Source: Escherichia phage vB_EcoD_Opt-719. Taken from it: a stretch of DNA of 48,302 nt. The stretch is from the sequence record OL539451.1; one strand, 5' to 3'. Shown here one piece after another: positions 17,986 through 27,031 of the stretch (position 1 is its first letter; the number at the start of each line of letters is the position of its first letter). A model generated the notes under the pieces. It did not search any database. It was not told the origin of the DNA and was given only the letters and a program-made list of their open reading frames with translations. The position numbers and the translations under genes were made by a program.

Positions 17986-18532
17986 TGTTAAGTTAGGATT
18001 AGGTTTAGGCAGGAAGTTTGGAAAGCTACATAAACTGTGCGTTAAGACAGTTCCAGAAGCAATGCGGGCCCTATCTGTAAACATCCCTGAATTTAAGGAA
18101 TTCATGCGTAGTCATGTTGGCCAGAACACAAGGTTTGCTGTATTCGTTGACGGTAAAAATGTTAACGAACACAAGATTAACGACCTGCAGACTGTGCGTG
18201 AAATCAGGATTATGCCAATCCCACAAGGTCGAAAATCAGGAGGTTTATTCCAGACAATCCTTGGTGGCGTACTTCTGGTGGCATCTTACTTCTTCCCCGT
18301 TCTTTTGCCAGTGGCTGTAGGCCTTCTTGCTGGTGGCGTAGCTCAGTTATTGGCACCGCAAGCGACAGGATTGAATGACCAGGCATCACAAACAAGCAAC
18401 AGGGCTTCATACGCATTTGGCTCAGCAGTAAACACCATTGCTGCTGGTAACCCGGTTTGTTTGCCTTATGGTTACAGGACTGTTGGTGGCGCCGTGTTTA
18501 GCGCTGGTTCATTTGCTGAAGATATTGTTTAA
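17966..18532 (+). CDS. putative tail assembly protein (I-like)
   Basis: hydrophobic Gly/Ala/Leu-rich central segment; follows K-like gene; start ATG 17966 with GGAGG RBS. Confidence 0.5.
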   Translation: MTQNVIDVKLGLGLGRKFGKLHKLCVKTVPEAMRALSVNIPEFKEFMRSHVGQNTRFAVFVDGKNVNEHKINDLQTVREIRIMPIPQGRKSGGLFQTILGGVLLVASYFFPVLLPVAVGLLAGGVAQLLAPQATGLNDQASQTSNRASYAFGSAVNTIAAGNPVCLPYGYRTVGGAVFSAGSFAEDIV

Positions 18533-18538
18533 AATTAC

Positions 18539-18563
18539 AACCCGCCTAGTGCGGGTTTTTTAT
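18539..18563 (+). terminator. rho-independent terminator
   Basis: hairpin ACCCGC-CTAGT-GCGGGT followed by TTTTTT; TGTAGAAT -10-like element just downstream. Confidence 0.7.
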
Positions 18564-18612
18564 TTAGTGTAGAATGGCACAAATGGTTAAACAAACAACG
18601 AGGTTATATGAT

Positions 18613-21600
18613 ATGGCCGATTTGCCAAAGATTTATGGAAGCAAGGGTGGTGGCAAGAAGCCACACACACCTGTGGAGCAAGAAGATAACCTGGTTTCAC
18701 TAAACAAGATTAAGGTGCTGCTGGCCGTTGCTGATGGTGAGGTTGATTCTAGCTTCTCACTTAAGGATGTTTACCTTGCTGACGTTCCAGTGCAGAACCA
18801 GGACAACTCATTCAACTATGAAGGTGTAACCGCTGAGTTTCGCCCAGGCACTCAATCTCAAGATTACATCGCCGGGCTAGACGGTGAGGCATCAGAGATT
18901 CAGGTTAGTCGTGAGATTAACAATGATACACCTTACATCATCGCAGTTAACAACAGTCAGCTTTCAGCAATCCGAGTCAAGCTGTTCTGGCCTCGACTCG
19001 TTAAGCAAGAAGAGAATGGAGATTTAAATGGCACAACATGTGAATATGCAATCGATTTATCAGTTAATGGCTCAGCGTACACTGAATATACCAGAGGCGT
19101 GGCTAACGGTAAAACTACAACAGGTTACGACCGCAGTATCAGGGTTAACTTACCAGCCGAGTTTAGCAGCGCTCTTGTTCGTATTAGGAAGTTAACGCCA
19201 GACTCAACAAGCAGCACACTGGTTAACGGAATGCAGATTACAACCTATCAGGAAGTAATCGACGCTAAGTTCCGCTACCCTCTTACAGCGCTTGTTTACG
19301 TTGAGTTCAGCTCCGACCTATTCCCCAATGGCATCCCAACGATAGCTATTAAGAAAAAGTGGAAGCTTATCCGCGTACCGACAAACTACAATCCAGAGAC
19401 AAGGACTTATAGCGGCACATGGGATGGTACCTTTAAGATGGCGTGGTCTGACAACCCGGCCTGGGTTTTATATGACCTTGTGGTTAGTCAGCGTTACGGA
19501 TTAGATCAGCGAGAACTTGGTGTAGAGATTGATAAATGGGGTCTGTATGAAGCTGCGCAATTCTGTGACCAGATGGTTCCTGATGGTAAGGGTGGAATGG
19601 AGCCGCGATATACTTGCAACGTTGTAATTCAGCAGAAGGTTGAAGCATACCAGCTTATTCGTGACATCTGTTCTATATTCCGCGGTTTAACCTTCTATGA
19701 TGGTGAGCAAATCGGGATTGTTGTAGACAGGCCGCGCCAGCCAAGTTACGTGTTCACCAATGATAACGTTGTTGATGGATTGTTTAACAGGACATTCTCT
19801 AGCGATAAGTCTCTTTACACGACTGCAAACGTTCAGTTTGATGACGTAGAGAATAACTATCAGCAAGATGTTGAACCAGTGTTCGACCTTGAAGCAACTC
19901 GCCGCTTTGGTTATAACCCTGTAGACCTGACCGCAATTGGATGCGTAAGGCGTAGTGAAGCTAACCGTCGAGGTCGCTGGTTGCTGAAAACAAACCTTCG
20001 AAGTGAAACGGTAACGTTCACAACTGGCCTCGAAGGGATGATTCCTATGATTGGTGATGTAATTGCTGTCAATGACCAGGCTTGGTCAAGCAACTACACA
20101 TTGAACCTTTCGGGTCGAATCGTTGAGGCTACTGGTCTGCAGGTTTTTGTTCCTTTCGCTATTGATGCGGACCCAGGCGACAGGATTTTAATCAACAAGC
20201 CCGATGGAAGCCCGGAGTACAGGACTATCGCTTCAGTATCTGCAGATAAGCTTACGCTTGAACTGAACACAGCATTCAGTTTCACGCCGCAGCCGGATAC
20301 GGTATTCGCAATCGATAAGCAGAATCTGGCGTTGCAGCAGTATGTGGTGACCGGGATTCAAAAAGCTAACACGGATGGAGAGGACTCATTCCAGTACAGC
20401 ATCACAGCTGTTCAGTATGATCCTAACAAGTACGATGAGATTGACTACGGAGTAAACATCGATGACAGGCCAACAAGCATCGTTGACCCTGACAGGATTT
20501 TGCCACCGCAGAACATCACCGTTACTAGCTACAGCAAGGTAGTGCAGGGCTTAAGCGTTGAGACGATGGTTATTGGTTACGACAAAGTGCAGTATGCGAA
20601 AACATACAACGTACAATGGCGTAAGAATAACGGAAACTGGATTAACGTTCCTGAGACGGCTAACACTGAAGTTGATATTGAAGGTATCTACGCTGGCATT
20701 TACGACGTCAGGGTTCGTGCTGTAACTGACCAAAAATCAGTATCGGCATGGTCAGAAATCACAACTGTTAGCCTCACTGGCAAAATTGGAGAACCATCTG
20801 CGCCGCCTGTAATTACGGCTTCTGATGATGAGGTTTTCGGAATTAGGGTTAAGTGGGGCTTCCCTACTGACTCAGCGGATACTGCGTACACCGAGCTTCA
20901 GCAGGTTCCTGATAATGGTGACGGTACATACAATCCAGAGAATGCATCACTGCTTACCCTGGTTCCTTATCCTCAGTACGAATACTGGCACACAACTTTA
21001 CCAGCAGGTAACGTGAGGTGGTACAGGGCGAGGATTATTGACAGGATAGGTAACGTATCTCCATGGACTGATTTTGTCAGGGGTATGGCATCTGATGATG
21101 TAAGTGCAATCATTGGCGACATCAAGGTTGATATCGAAAACTCTGATGGTTACAAGTATCTTCTCCAGAACGCCATTGATGCAAATACTGACATCCAGAA
21201 CCAGGCCGAAGCAATAATTGAGAACGCATTAGCAAACGATACTGACGTGCGCGTTATGAAGCGCGAGAATGGAGCAAGGAAGGCTGAATATCGCCAGGCT
21301 GTTAGTTTGATTGCTGATGAAACTCAGGCGCGTGTAAATGCTCTCACAGAACTTAAAGCGCAGATTGATGATGAGATTGTTGGTCAGATTACGACAATTG
21401 AAACTGCTTTAGCTACAGAGACCGAGGCAAGGGCTACTGCTGATACCGCTCTAAGCGCAAGGCTTGGTGATAACGAGGCGGCTTTGAATCAGAAGCTTGA
21501 CTCTTACGCCACGGTCGAAGGCGTTGGTGTTCAGTACGGCGTTAAGCTAGGTCTGAAGTACAATGGAGTTGAGTATGGCGCTGGCATGAGCATGGAGTTA

Positions 21601-21969
21601 ACTGGTAGTGGTGGAAATGTTCGCAGTCAGTTCATTTTCGACGCCAACAGATTTGCAATCAGTAACGGCATTAGTTCTGGTTCCGGTCAGTGGTCACTGC
21701 CTTTTGTTGTCGATAATAACCAGGTTTTCATTCAAAGCGCTGTGATACAGGACGGTTCAATCACTAACGCGAAGATTGGAGACGCAATTCAGTCTAACAA
21801 CTTTGTAGCAAACTCTGTTGGCTGGAGGCTTGATAAGGCTGGAACTTTCGAAAATAACGGTTCTACGCCTGGCGAGGGTAAAATGAAGCAAACTAACCAG
21901 ACAATTTCGGTTGCTGATGCTAACGGAAGGCTTCGTGTTCAGATTGGCCGTTTGACTGGAGTTTACTAA
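18613..21969 (+). CDS. central tail fibre / host specificity protein (J-like)
   Basis: ~1118 aa; N-terminus GSKGGGKKPHTPVEQEDNL resembles lambda J N-terminus; start ATG 18613 (track 18574). Confidence 0.8.
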   Translation: MADLPKIYGSKGGGKKPHTPVEQEDNLVSLNKIKVLLAVADGEVDSSFSLKDVYLADVPVQNQDNSFNYEGVTAEFRPGTQSQDYIAGLDGEASEIQVSREINNDTPYIIAVNNSQLSAIRVKLFWPRLVKQEENGDLNGTTCEYAIDLSVNGSAYTEYTRGVANGKTTTGYDRSIRVNLPAEFSSALVRIRKLTPDSTSSTLVNGMQITTYQEVIDAKFRYPLTALVYVEFSSDLFPNGIPTIAIKKKWKLIRVPTNYNPETRTYSGTWDGTFKMAWSDNPAWVLYDLVVSQRYGLDQRELGVEIDKWGLYEAAQFCDQMVPDGKGGMEPRYTCNVVIQQKVEAYQLIRDICSIFRGLTFYDGEQIGIVVDRPRQPSYVFTNDNVVDGLFNRTFSSDKSLYTTANVQFDDVENNYQQDVEPVFDLEATRRFGYNPVDLTAIGCVRRSEANRRGRWLLKTNLRSETVTFTTGLEGMIPMIGDVIAVNDQAWSSNYTLNLSGRIVEATGLQVFVPFAIDADPGDRILINKPDGSPEYRTIASVSADKLTLELNTAFSFTPQPDTVFAIDKQNLALQQYVVTGIQKANTDGEDSFQYSITAVQYDPNKYDEIDYGVNIDDRPTSIVDPDRILPPQNITVTSYSKVVQGLSVETMVIGYDKVQYAKTYNVQWRKNNGNWINVPETANTEVDIEGIYAGIYDVRVRAVTDQKSVSAWSEITTVSLTGKIGEPSAPPVITASDDEVFGIRVKWGFPTDSADTAYTELQQVPDNGDGTYNPENASLLTLVPYPQYEYWHTTLPAGNVRWYRARIIDRIGNVSPWTDFVRGMASDDVSAIIGDIKVDIENSDGYKYLLQNAIDANTDIQNQAEAIIENALANDTDVRVMKRENGARKAEYRQAVSLIADETQARVNALTELKAQIDDEIVGQITTIETALATETEARATADTALSARLGDNEAALNQKLDSYATVEGVGVQYGVKLGLKYNGVEYGAGMSMELTGSGGNVRSQFIFDANRFAISNGISSGSGQWSLPFVVDNNQVFIQSAVIQDGSITNAKIGDAIQSNNFVANSVGWRLDKAGTFENNGSTPGEGKMKQTNQTISVADANGRLRVQIGRLTGVY

Positions 21970-22016
21970 CTGATAGAATGGGCAAATGGAATTGCCCTTA
22001 TCAACAGGAGGAATTT

Positions 22017-22325
22017 ATGGCTGAGTATGGGATTGCTACATATGATGCAAATGGTAATTACAATAACTATGGGATTAAGCCAGTTACGGTTGTTGGCTTT
22101 GATTTCCTTTCCGCTGGCAATAATTCTTACTCGTTTTCTTACTCAATACCAGAAGGCACAAAGGTTGGATTCACTATTAGTCTGGATGATGGGGCGATAT
22201 CTGGACCAGCAAGGAGAATAGTGGCAAGTGGGAACACAATAACGATAACACCAACATCAACACCAGGACCTGGTGTTTACCCATCATCAAATTGCTACCT
22301 CATAGCTTATCTGGAGAATCAATAA
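22017..22325 (+). CDS. hypothetical tail-associated protein (102 aa)
   Basis: AGGAGG RBS; N-terminus MAEYGIATYDANGNY paralogous to next gene; follows J-like gene. Confidence 0.45.
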   Translation: MAEYGIATYDANGNYNNYGIKPVTVVGFDFLSAGNNSYSFSYSIPEGTKVGFTISLDDGAISGPARRIVASGNTITITPTSTPGPGVYPSSNCYLIAYLENQ

Positions 22326-23017
22326 TGGCTGATTACGGAGCTTTTATAGATGTAAATGGAAATCCATTCATAACGCCACTATCAACACCATTCGCACTTT
22401 ACTCAAAAGGAACAATCGCATCAGGTAATGTTAACAACACCCAGTATGCTGATAGATATGTTGACATTCCTCTCAATGTTCCAGTGATAGCTTTTTGCAA
22501 AACGACAAACACAAACAATGGTACAGCTTTGTCAGCATTCACATTTAGGGAGGGATCCAACATTGGAAAGATCTACTTTCAGGGTGTTAATCCAGCAAAT
22601 CAGGCGTTTGTTATGACGTACTACATATTTGCGATATTCCCACAGACTCTACCTGATTGGGGTATGGCTATATGGGATGCGCAGGGTAAATTGATACTTA
22701 CAAATGAAACAAAGGTTCTTAGCGACCTAGCAACAATTGGCACGCCAGGTTATCAATCTGGTGGTTTAAATATAGACGTAACATTGCAAGGAAGTTGGGC
22801 CGTGGTTCCAACAACCCTGGGGAATAGTCAGATACAAATAGGAACGCTACCAACTGGTCAGCCAGTTATAACAAATGCGACAGCTGGAACATCCTGCAGG
22901 TACAACGGAGTGCAGACAAGAATAAACGCGCAGTCAACACGTGGCTCTGGAAATGTGTTAAGCACAACAAATAACGGAAATGTAATAACAGCAATTAACA
23001 CATCAGCATACGACTAA
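22325..23017 (+). CDS. hypothetical tail-associated protein (230 aa), paralog of 22017..22325
   Basis: N-terminus MADYGAFIDVNGNPF; ATG overlaps upstream TAA (TAATG). Confidence 0.45.
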   Translation: MADYGAFIDVNGNPFITPLSTPFALYSKGTIASGNVNNTQYADRYVDIPLNVPVIAFCKTTNTNNGTALSAFTFREGSNIGKIYFQGVNPANQAFVMTYYIFAIFPQTLPDWGMAIWDAQGKLILTNETKVLSDLATIGTPGYQSGGLNIDVTLQGSWAVVPTTLGNSQIQIGTLPTGQPVITNATAGTSCRYNGVQTRINAQSTRGSGNVLSTTNNGNVITAINTSAYD

Positions 23018-23040
23018 GCCCCTTTCGGGGCTTTTTCTTT
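23017..23040. terminator. bidirectional rho-independent terminator
   Basis: hairpin AGCCCC-TTTC-GGGGCT with T-run; separates convergent plus structural genes and minus lipoprotein gene. Confidence 0.7.
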
Positions 23041-23041
23041 A

Positions 23042-23263
23042 TCAACCTCCACAATCGTGGTCTTTAAAATTCCGCTCAGAGACGTACTGAAACGAGAATG
23101 GATATCCGGCCCTAAGTAAAAACTCCTCACCGCGCTTCTGCGTGCCAAAAACATAAACAGAGTAACTCATTCCGCTTGACTCATAAATCGCCGTACAAGT
23201 GCGCTCCGGCATCGTAGAGCACCCGCCTAACGTCATTGCTGCGATAACGATTAATTTTTTCAT
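23042..23263 (-). CDS. small lipoprotein, candidate Cor-like superinfection-exclusion factor
   Basis: 73 aa from ATG 23263 (track GTG 23272); signal peptide MKKLIVIAAMTLGGC with lipobox LGGC; AAGGTG RBS; small lipoprotein next to tail genes. Confidence 0.45.
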   Translation of the reverse strand: MKKLIVIAAMTLGGCSTMPERTCTAIYESSGMSYSVYVFGTQKRGEEFLLRAGYPFSFQYVSERNFKDHDCGG

Positions 23264-23273
23264 CTCATTCACC

Positions 23274-23378
23274 TTAGAAACCGTTAAAGTTTGAAGCCAG
23301 CAGCAGAACCCAAACGAAGAAGCTGGTAGTTGCTACGCCGAAGATTGCAGAGATTAAGTTAGTGGTTAAGTTAGTCAT
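23274..23378 (-). CDS. hypothetical small membrane peptide (34 aa)
   Basis: MTNLTTNLISAIFGVATTSFFVWVLLLASNFNGF; AAGGA RBS; stop abuts lipoprotein start; same minus-strand operon. Confidence 0.3.
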   Translation of the reverse strand: MTNLTTNLISAIFGVATTSFFVWVLLLASNFNGF

Positions 23379-23444
23379 TTTGTATTCCTTAGTAAGTATG
23401 TTTCGTTTCGATGGAGTAACTATAGCAAAGGCTTCAGCGGTAGT

Positions 23445-23465
23445 CTTTAGCAAATCGTGCTATTT
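23445..23465 (-). promoter_or_regulatory. promoter-cassette motif copy (minus orientation)
   Basis: reverse complement AAATAGCACGATTTGCTAAAG followed on minus strand by TATAGT and CATCGAAACGAAAC leader toward the lipoprotein operon. Confidence 0.45.
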
Positions 23466-23820
23466 GATATACGCGTAACCGATGTAACTCGATGTATACA
23501 ATCTCATCCGCGGAAAATTGTATACGCTTTTTTACGCGCAGATACGCATTAGTTACATTTATAAATCCTTATATAATAAGGTTTTAGAGTAGTATTATTA
23601 TTATATATATTACTATGTATATCTTGTAACTACTCTCTATAGCTATGTTGGTATGTTTTTCTAAAAGACTATGTTTGATTTCCTGTTAAGGAGGAAATGC
23701 ATATAGATATAGATAGGGTGCAAAATTGGTGGATACATTGGTTACAAGAGTTACATTCAGCATCCATGCGGCCTAGAGACTAGCAAGGCGTATTTAGGTG
23801 CGTTTTACACCGATATACAA

Positions 23821-23840
23821 AATAGCACGATTAATCAAAA
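23821..23840 (+). promoter_or_regulatory. promoter-cassette motif variant
   Basis: AATAGCACGATTAATCAAAA with GGGTATAGTG ~20 bp downstream; upstream of Rha-like gene. Confidence 0.4.
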
Positions 23841-23928
23841 CGGCTGCTTCTTGATTGGGTATAGTGCACTCATCGGCAGCAATGGTGCTGCGTCTATCTA
23901 CCAAAAAATGGTAGATACAAATGAAATA

Positions 23929-23947
23929 GCTCCTCAACTTGAGGAGC
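23929..23947 (+). promoter_or_regulatory. perfect 19-bp palindrome GCTCCTCAAcTTGAGGAGC (operator or hairpin)
   Basis: 9-bp arms around one central base, ~20 bp upstream of Rha-like gene ATG; second inverted repeat ATCTACC-N7-GGTAGAT at 23896-23916. Confidence 0.4.
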
Positions 23948-23966
23948 AAGGATAAGAGAGAAGATA

Positions 23967-24593
23967 ATGAACTTAATCAATACCAAGAAAGAAATGACCA
24001 TGACGACAACTGAGATTGCTAAGATTGTTGGTCAGCGACACGATAACTTAATGAATGATGTTAAATCAATGTACCTTGAGTTGTATGGTGAAAATCATTC
24101 TCCTGAGATTCAGGAGATTAAAATTCACAACAACAGAAGCCAAAAAATTGCAATTCTTGATAAAAAACACACACTATGCCTTGCTGCAAAGTACAGCGCA
24201 AAGGTTAGAATGAACATGATCGAGAAGATTGAGAGCCTTGAGCAGGAAAACAAATTACTGAAAGAGCATATGGCTAAGATGGTTTCAATTGACGAGATCA
24301 AAGTTTATAAGATAGAAGCTGCGTCAGCAAAAGCTGCACAGCACAGAGCTGAAGATAACTATTACGCAATTGAGAAGTTCATGTTTAAGAACATGGATAA
24401 GTGCGGAAATCCTGCAGAACTTGATGAGCAATACTTCGATGTTAAATTCGAGTCAAATCGTTACCATGACTCTCAAGAGGTTGTTTACAAGTACCAGGCC
24501 CAGCTTGAGGTTGCTTGCGAGAAGTTAAAGGCCAAAGATGAGCTGATTGCTAATCTGGTAGACAAGAATAGCGAGATTCTTAAGTTGAAATGA
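23967..24593 (+). CDS. Rha-family-like phage regulatory protein
   Basis: N-terminal TTEIAKIVGQRHDNLMNDV resembles Rha-domain signature; coiled-coil-like C-terminal half. Confidence 0.5.
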   Translation: MNLINTKKEMTMTTTEIAKIVGQRHDNLMNDVKSMYLELYGENHSPEIQEIKIHNNRSQKIAILDKKHTLCLAAKYSAKVRMNMIEKIESLEQENKLLKEHMAKMVSIDEIKVYKIEAASAKAAQHRAEDNYYAIEKFMFKNMDKCGNPAELDEQYFDVKFESNRYHDSQEVVYKYQAQLEVACEKLKAKDELIANLVDKNSEILKLK

Positions 24594-24666
24594 TAGGCAA
24601 AACCAATTGGATAAACTTATCCACGGATGGCATAGTTAAATCACACAAACAAAGAGAGATATAGAA

Positions 24667-24861
24667 ATGGCATACTTCATTATTCAAGAGCGAAACAATC
24701 CGATTTTCGGCACGGTATACTACTGCGAGGATGGTTCCGGATACTGCGACCACAAAGCTGACGCCAAGAGATTCGATACTAAAGCTGAGGCAATGGAATG
24801 GGGCAGCATTAACGATGAGGAGCTGGGTGGAATTGTTAAGGTGATTAAGGTTAAGGAGTAA
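24667..24861 (+). CDS. hypothetical protein (64 aa)
   Basis: GAGAGA RBS; compact ORF between Rha-like and exonuclease genes. Confidence 0.4.
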   Translation: MAYFIIQERNNPIFGTVYYCEDGSGYCDHKADAKRFDTKAEAMEWGSINDEELGGIVKVIKVKE

Positions 24862-24864
24862 TTC

Positions 24865-25824
24865 ATGAGCTTCAAGGTTTACACTAACGATGAGTTAACC
24901 AACGAAGCCTACCATGAGGAGTCTGACCATGTGTCTGGCTCTGGTCTGGCTCACATCTTCTCAACTTGCCCAGCCGCATACAAATACGCTGAGCATGATG
25001 ATAGCAGTAAAGCGTTAAAGTTCGGTACATTGGCTCACACGATGGTTTTGGAGAGCTCTGTATTTGATGCGACATACTATCGTCAGCCAGCGCAGGAAGA
25101 GTTTGAAGACCTGATTACCAGTAAGGCTGCATTAGCAGCAAGACTGAAAGCGATGGGAATTGCTGGAACTTCTGGAAAGGATTACCCTGAATTAATGGAG
25201 ATACTGGCACTGACTGGTGAATCACTCAACGTATGGTGGGATATCCAGCGCTCTAGCGAGATTAAAGCAGAAGGCCGCGAGATTGTATCAGCTAAGGACT
25301 TTGACACCGTACAGGCGATGCGAGAGGTTTTGTGTGGAATTCCTGCTTACAATGCAATAGTTAACAGTGAAACCGCTCAGCGTGAACTATCAATTTTCGG
25401 TGAGATTAACGATTGTGGAGTGAAGGTAAGACTGGACCATGTTGATGTAGTTGGTGATGTTGTTTATATCCGAGATTACAAAACAACTAGCGACGCTTCT
25501 CCGTCAGGTTTCGGTCGCCTCGCCTTTAAGCATGGTTACTTGTTAAAGATGGCACTTCAACATGACTTATTTGTGCGAGCCTTTAATGAAAAGAGGCGAG
25601 TTGTTGTTCAGCTATTGGCGCAGGAAAAAAAGAGCCCGTACCTACCAATGTGCTACACGATAACAAAAGAACAGTTAAGGGTTGGTAGGTTGCAATACAT
25701 GAGTGCGCTTTCTACATACAAGCATTGTAAGAAGCTTGATATCTGGCCTGGGTATGGGTTCGGTGAAACAGAGATGGAATTGCAGATACCTGAATATGAG
25801 ATGAAGAAATATGAATTGGCATGA
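24865..25824 (+). CDS. putative PD-(D/E)XK recombination exonuclease
   Basis: 319 aa; DHVDVVGDVVYIRDYKTT (D...DxK-like) and downstream QHDLF motif; adjacent to Erf-like and SSB genes. Confidence 0.5.
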   Translation: MSFKVYTNDELTNEAYHEESDHVSGSGLAHIFSTCPAAYKYAEHDDSSKALKFGTLAHTMVLESSVFDATYYRQPAQEEFEDLITSKAALAARLKAMGIAGTSGKDYPELMEILALTGESLNVWWDIQRSSEIKAEGREIVSAKDFDTVQAMREVLCGIPAYNAIVNSETAQRELSIFGEINDCGVKVRLDHVDVVGDVVYIRDYKTTSDASPSGFGRLAFKHGYLLKMALQHDLFVRAFNEKRRVVVQLLAQEKKSPYLPMCYTITKEQLRVGRLQYMSALSTYKHCKKLDIWPGYGFGETEMELQIPEYEMKKYELA

Positions 25825-26266
25825 TATTTTTGAGTATATAGATGGATGCATAATATGGCGTGCTAGTGGTAATGTTGCTGGTTACAAACGAAAGGATGGT
25901 TATGTGATTGTGACAATAAATGGTAAGAAAATACTAGCGCATCGGATAATATACGAAATGAATAACGGAGATATAGAGCCAGGTATGCAAATTGACCATA
26001 TTGACCACAATCCATCAAACAACAGGATTGAAAACCTTAGGGTGGTTAACCACCAGGAGAACCAATCCAATAAGTCAAAGCAGTCAAATAACACTTCAGG
26101 GGTTACTGGCGTTTGGCTACATAAGAAATCTGGAAGGTTTGTAGCTGAAATAATGGTTGAAAAGAAGAAGATACATATAGGCTACTTTGATGACAAGCTG
26201 AATGCGGCAAAGGCTAGAAAGGATGCTGAAATTAAGTTTGGGTTTCATAAAAATCATGGAAAATAG
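25811..26266 (+). CDS. HNH homing endonuclease with AP2-like DNA-binding domain
   Basis: HNH motif DHIDHNPSNNRIENLRVVNHQEN; C-terminal GVTGVW...GRFVAEI...IHIGYF AP2-like segment; inserted between exonuclease and Erf-like genes. Confidence 0.8.
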   Translation: MNWHDIFEYIDGCIIWRASGNVAGYKRKDGYVIVTINGKKILAHRIIYEMNNGDIEPGMQIDHIDHNPSNNRIENLRVVNHQENQSNKSKQSNNTSGVTGVWLHKKSGRFVAEIMVEKKKIHIGYFDDKLNAAKARKDAEIKFGFHKNHGK

Positions 26267-26280
26267 CACGAATAGCTAAA
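26261..26280 (+). promoter_or_regulatory. promoter-cassette motif copy
   Basis: AAATAGCACGAATAGCTAAA; contains TAG stop of HNH gene; TATAGT and CATCGACAACGAGAGGA leader downstream. Confidence 0.5.
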
Positions 26281-26333
26281 ACAACATTAAATCGGTGAGG
26301 TATAGTTACCTCATCGACAACGAGAGGAAAAGT

Positions 26334-26984
26334 ATGAATACCAGCGACAAAAACACAAACGTTTTAAAGGCTCTATTTGAAGCTAAGAGCAAGTTTGCCA
26401 AGGCTGAAAAGTCAAAGCAGAACTCGCACCTCAAGAACAAATATGCAACATTAGATGACGTACTCGCAGCTGTAGAGCCTGGATTGGAGGATAGCGGTCT
26501 TGTGATGTTCCAGAGCATGATTGAGTCAGAAGTTGCAAATCAGATTAAGGTTGAGACTAAGATTTATCATGCTGAGTCTGCTGAATGGGTTTCTTTCCTG
26601 ACTATCGTTCCGTTGGCTAAAAATGACTGCCAGGGAACCGGCTCGTCATTAACGTACGCTCGACGCTACGCTATTACGGCAGCTCTCGGTCTTAGTCAGG
26701 CTGATGATGACGGCAATCTTGCAGTCAAGAGCGTCAAGGACTGGCGTAAAGATGTGGAAAAAGCAGAGTCTCGCGATGAACTTGTAGAGGTTTACAAGGC
26801 TTGTAAATCACAAGCTGATGCAGCAACGTGGGGTATTGTAGAGAAGGCCATCATCGAAAAGCAGGCGGAGATTAAGATGGCATCTGCGAGCGGGTTCAAT
26901 CCAGCTAAACCAAAAGAAGTAACTAAAGTTGTTGCAAATGCACCGAGTGAAGCTGTAGAATCACAATCAATCGAACGGTTCTAA
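26334..26984 (+). CDS. Erf-like single-strand annealing protein
   Basis: KALFEAKSKFAKAEKSKQNSHLKNKYATLDDVLAAVEP and TYARRYAITAALGL resemble ERF-family motifs; start ATG 26334 with GAGAGGA RBS (track GTG 26295). Confidence 0.55.
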   Translation: MNTSDKNTNVLKALFEAKSKFAKAEKSKQNSHLKNKYATLDDVLAAVEPGLEDSGLVMFQSMIESEVANQIKVETKIYHAESAEWVSFLTIVPLAKNDCQGTGSSLTYARRYAITAALGLSQADDDGNLAVKSVKDWRKDVEKAESRDELVEVYKACKSQADAATWGIVEKAIIEKQAEIKMASASGFNPAKPKEVTKVVANAPSEAVESQSIERF

Positions 26985-27031
26985 ATTAAACGGGGCTTCG
27001 GCCCCAAAATCAAACGAGAAGAGAATATAAA

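Noticed and set aside
23697-23783. 28-aa ORF with an AAGGAGG Shine-Dalgarno in the AT-rich region
   Set aside because: SD-to-ATG spacing is only 2-3 nt, too short for efficient initiation; the SD-like sequence may belong to a regulatory element.
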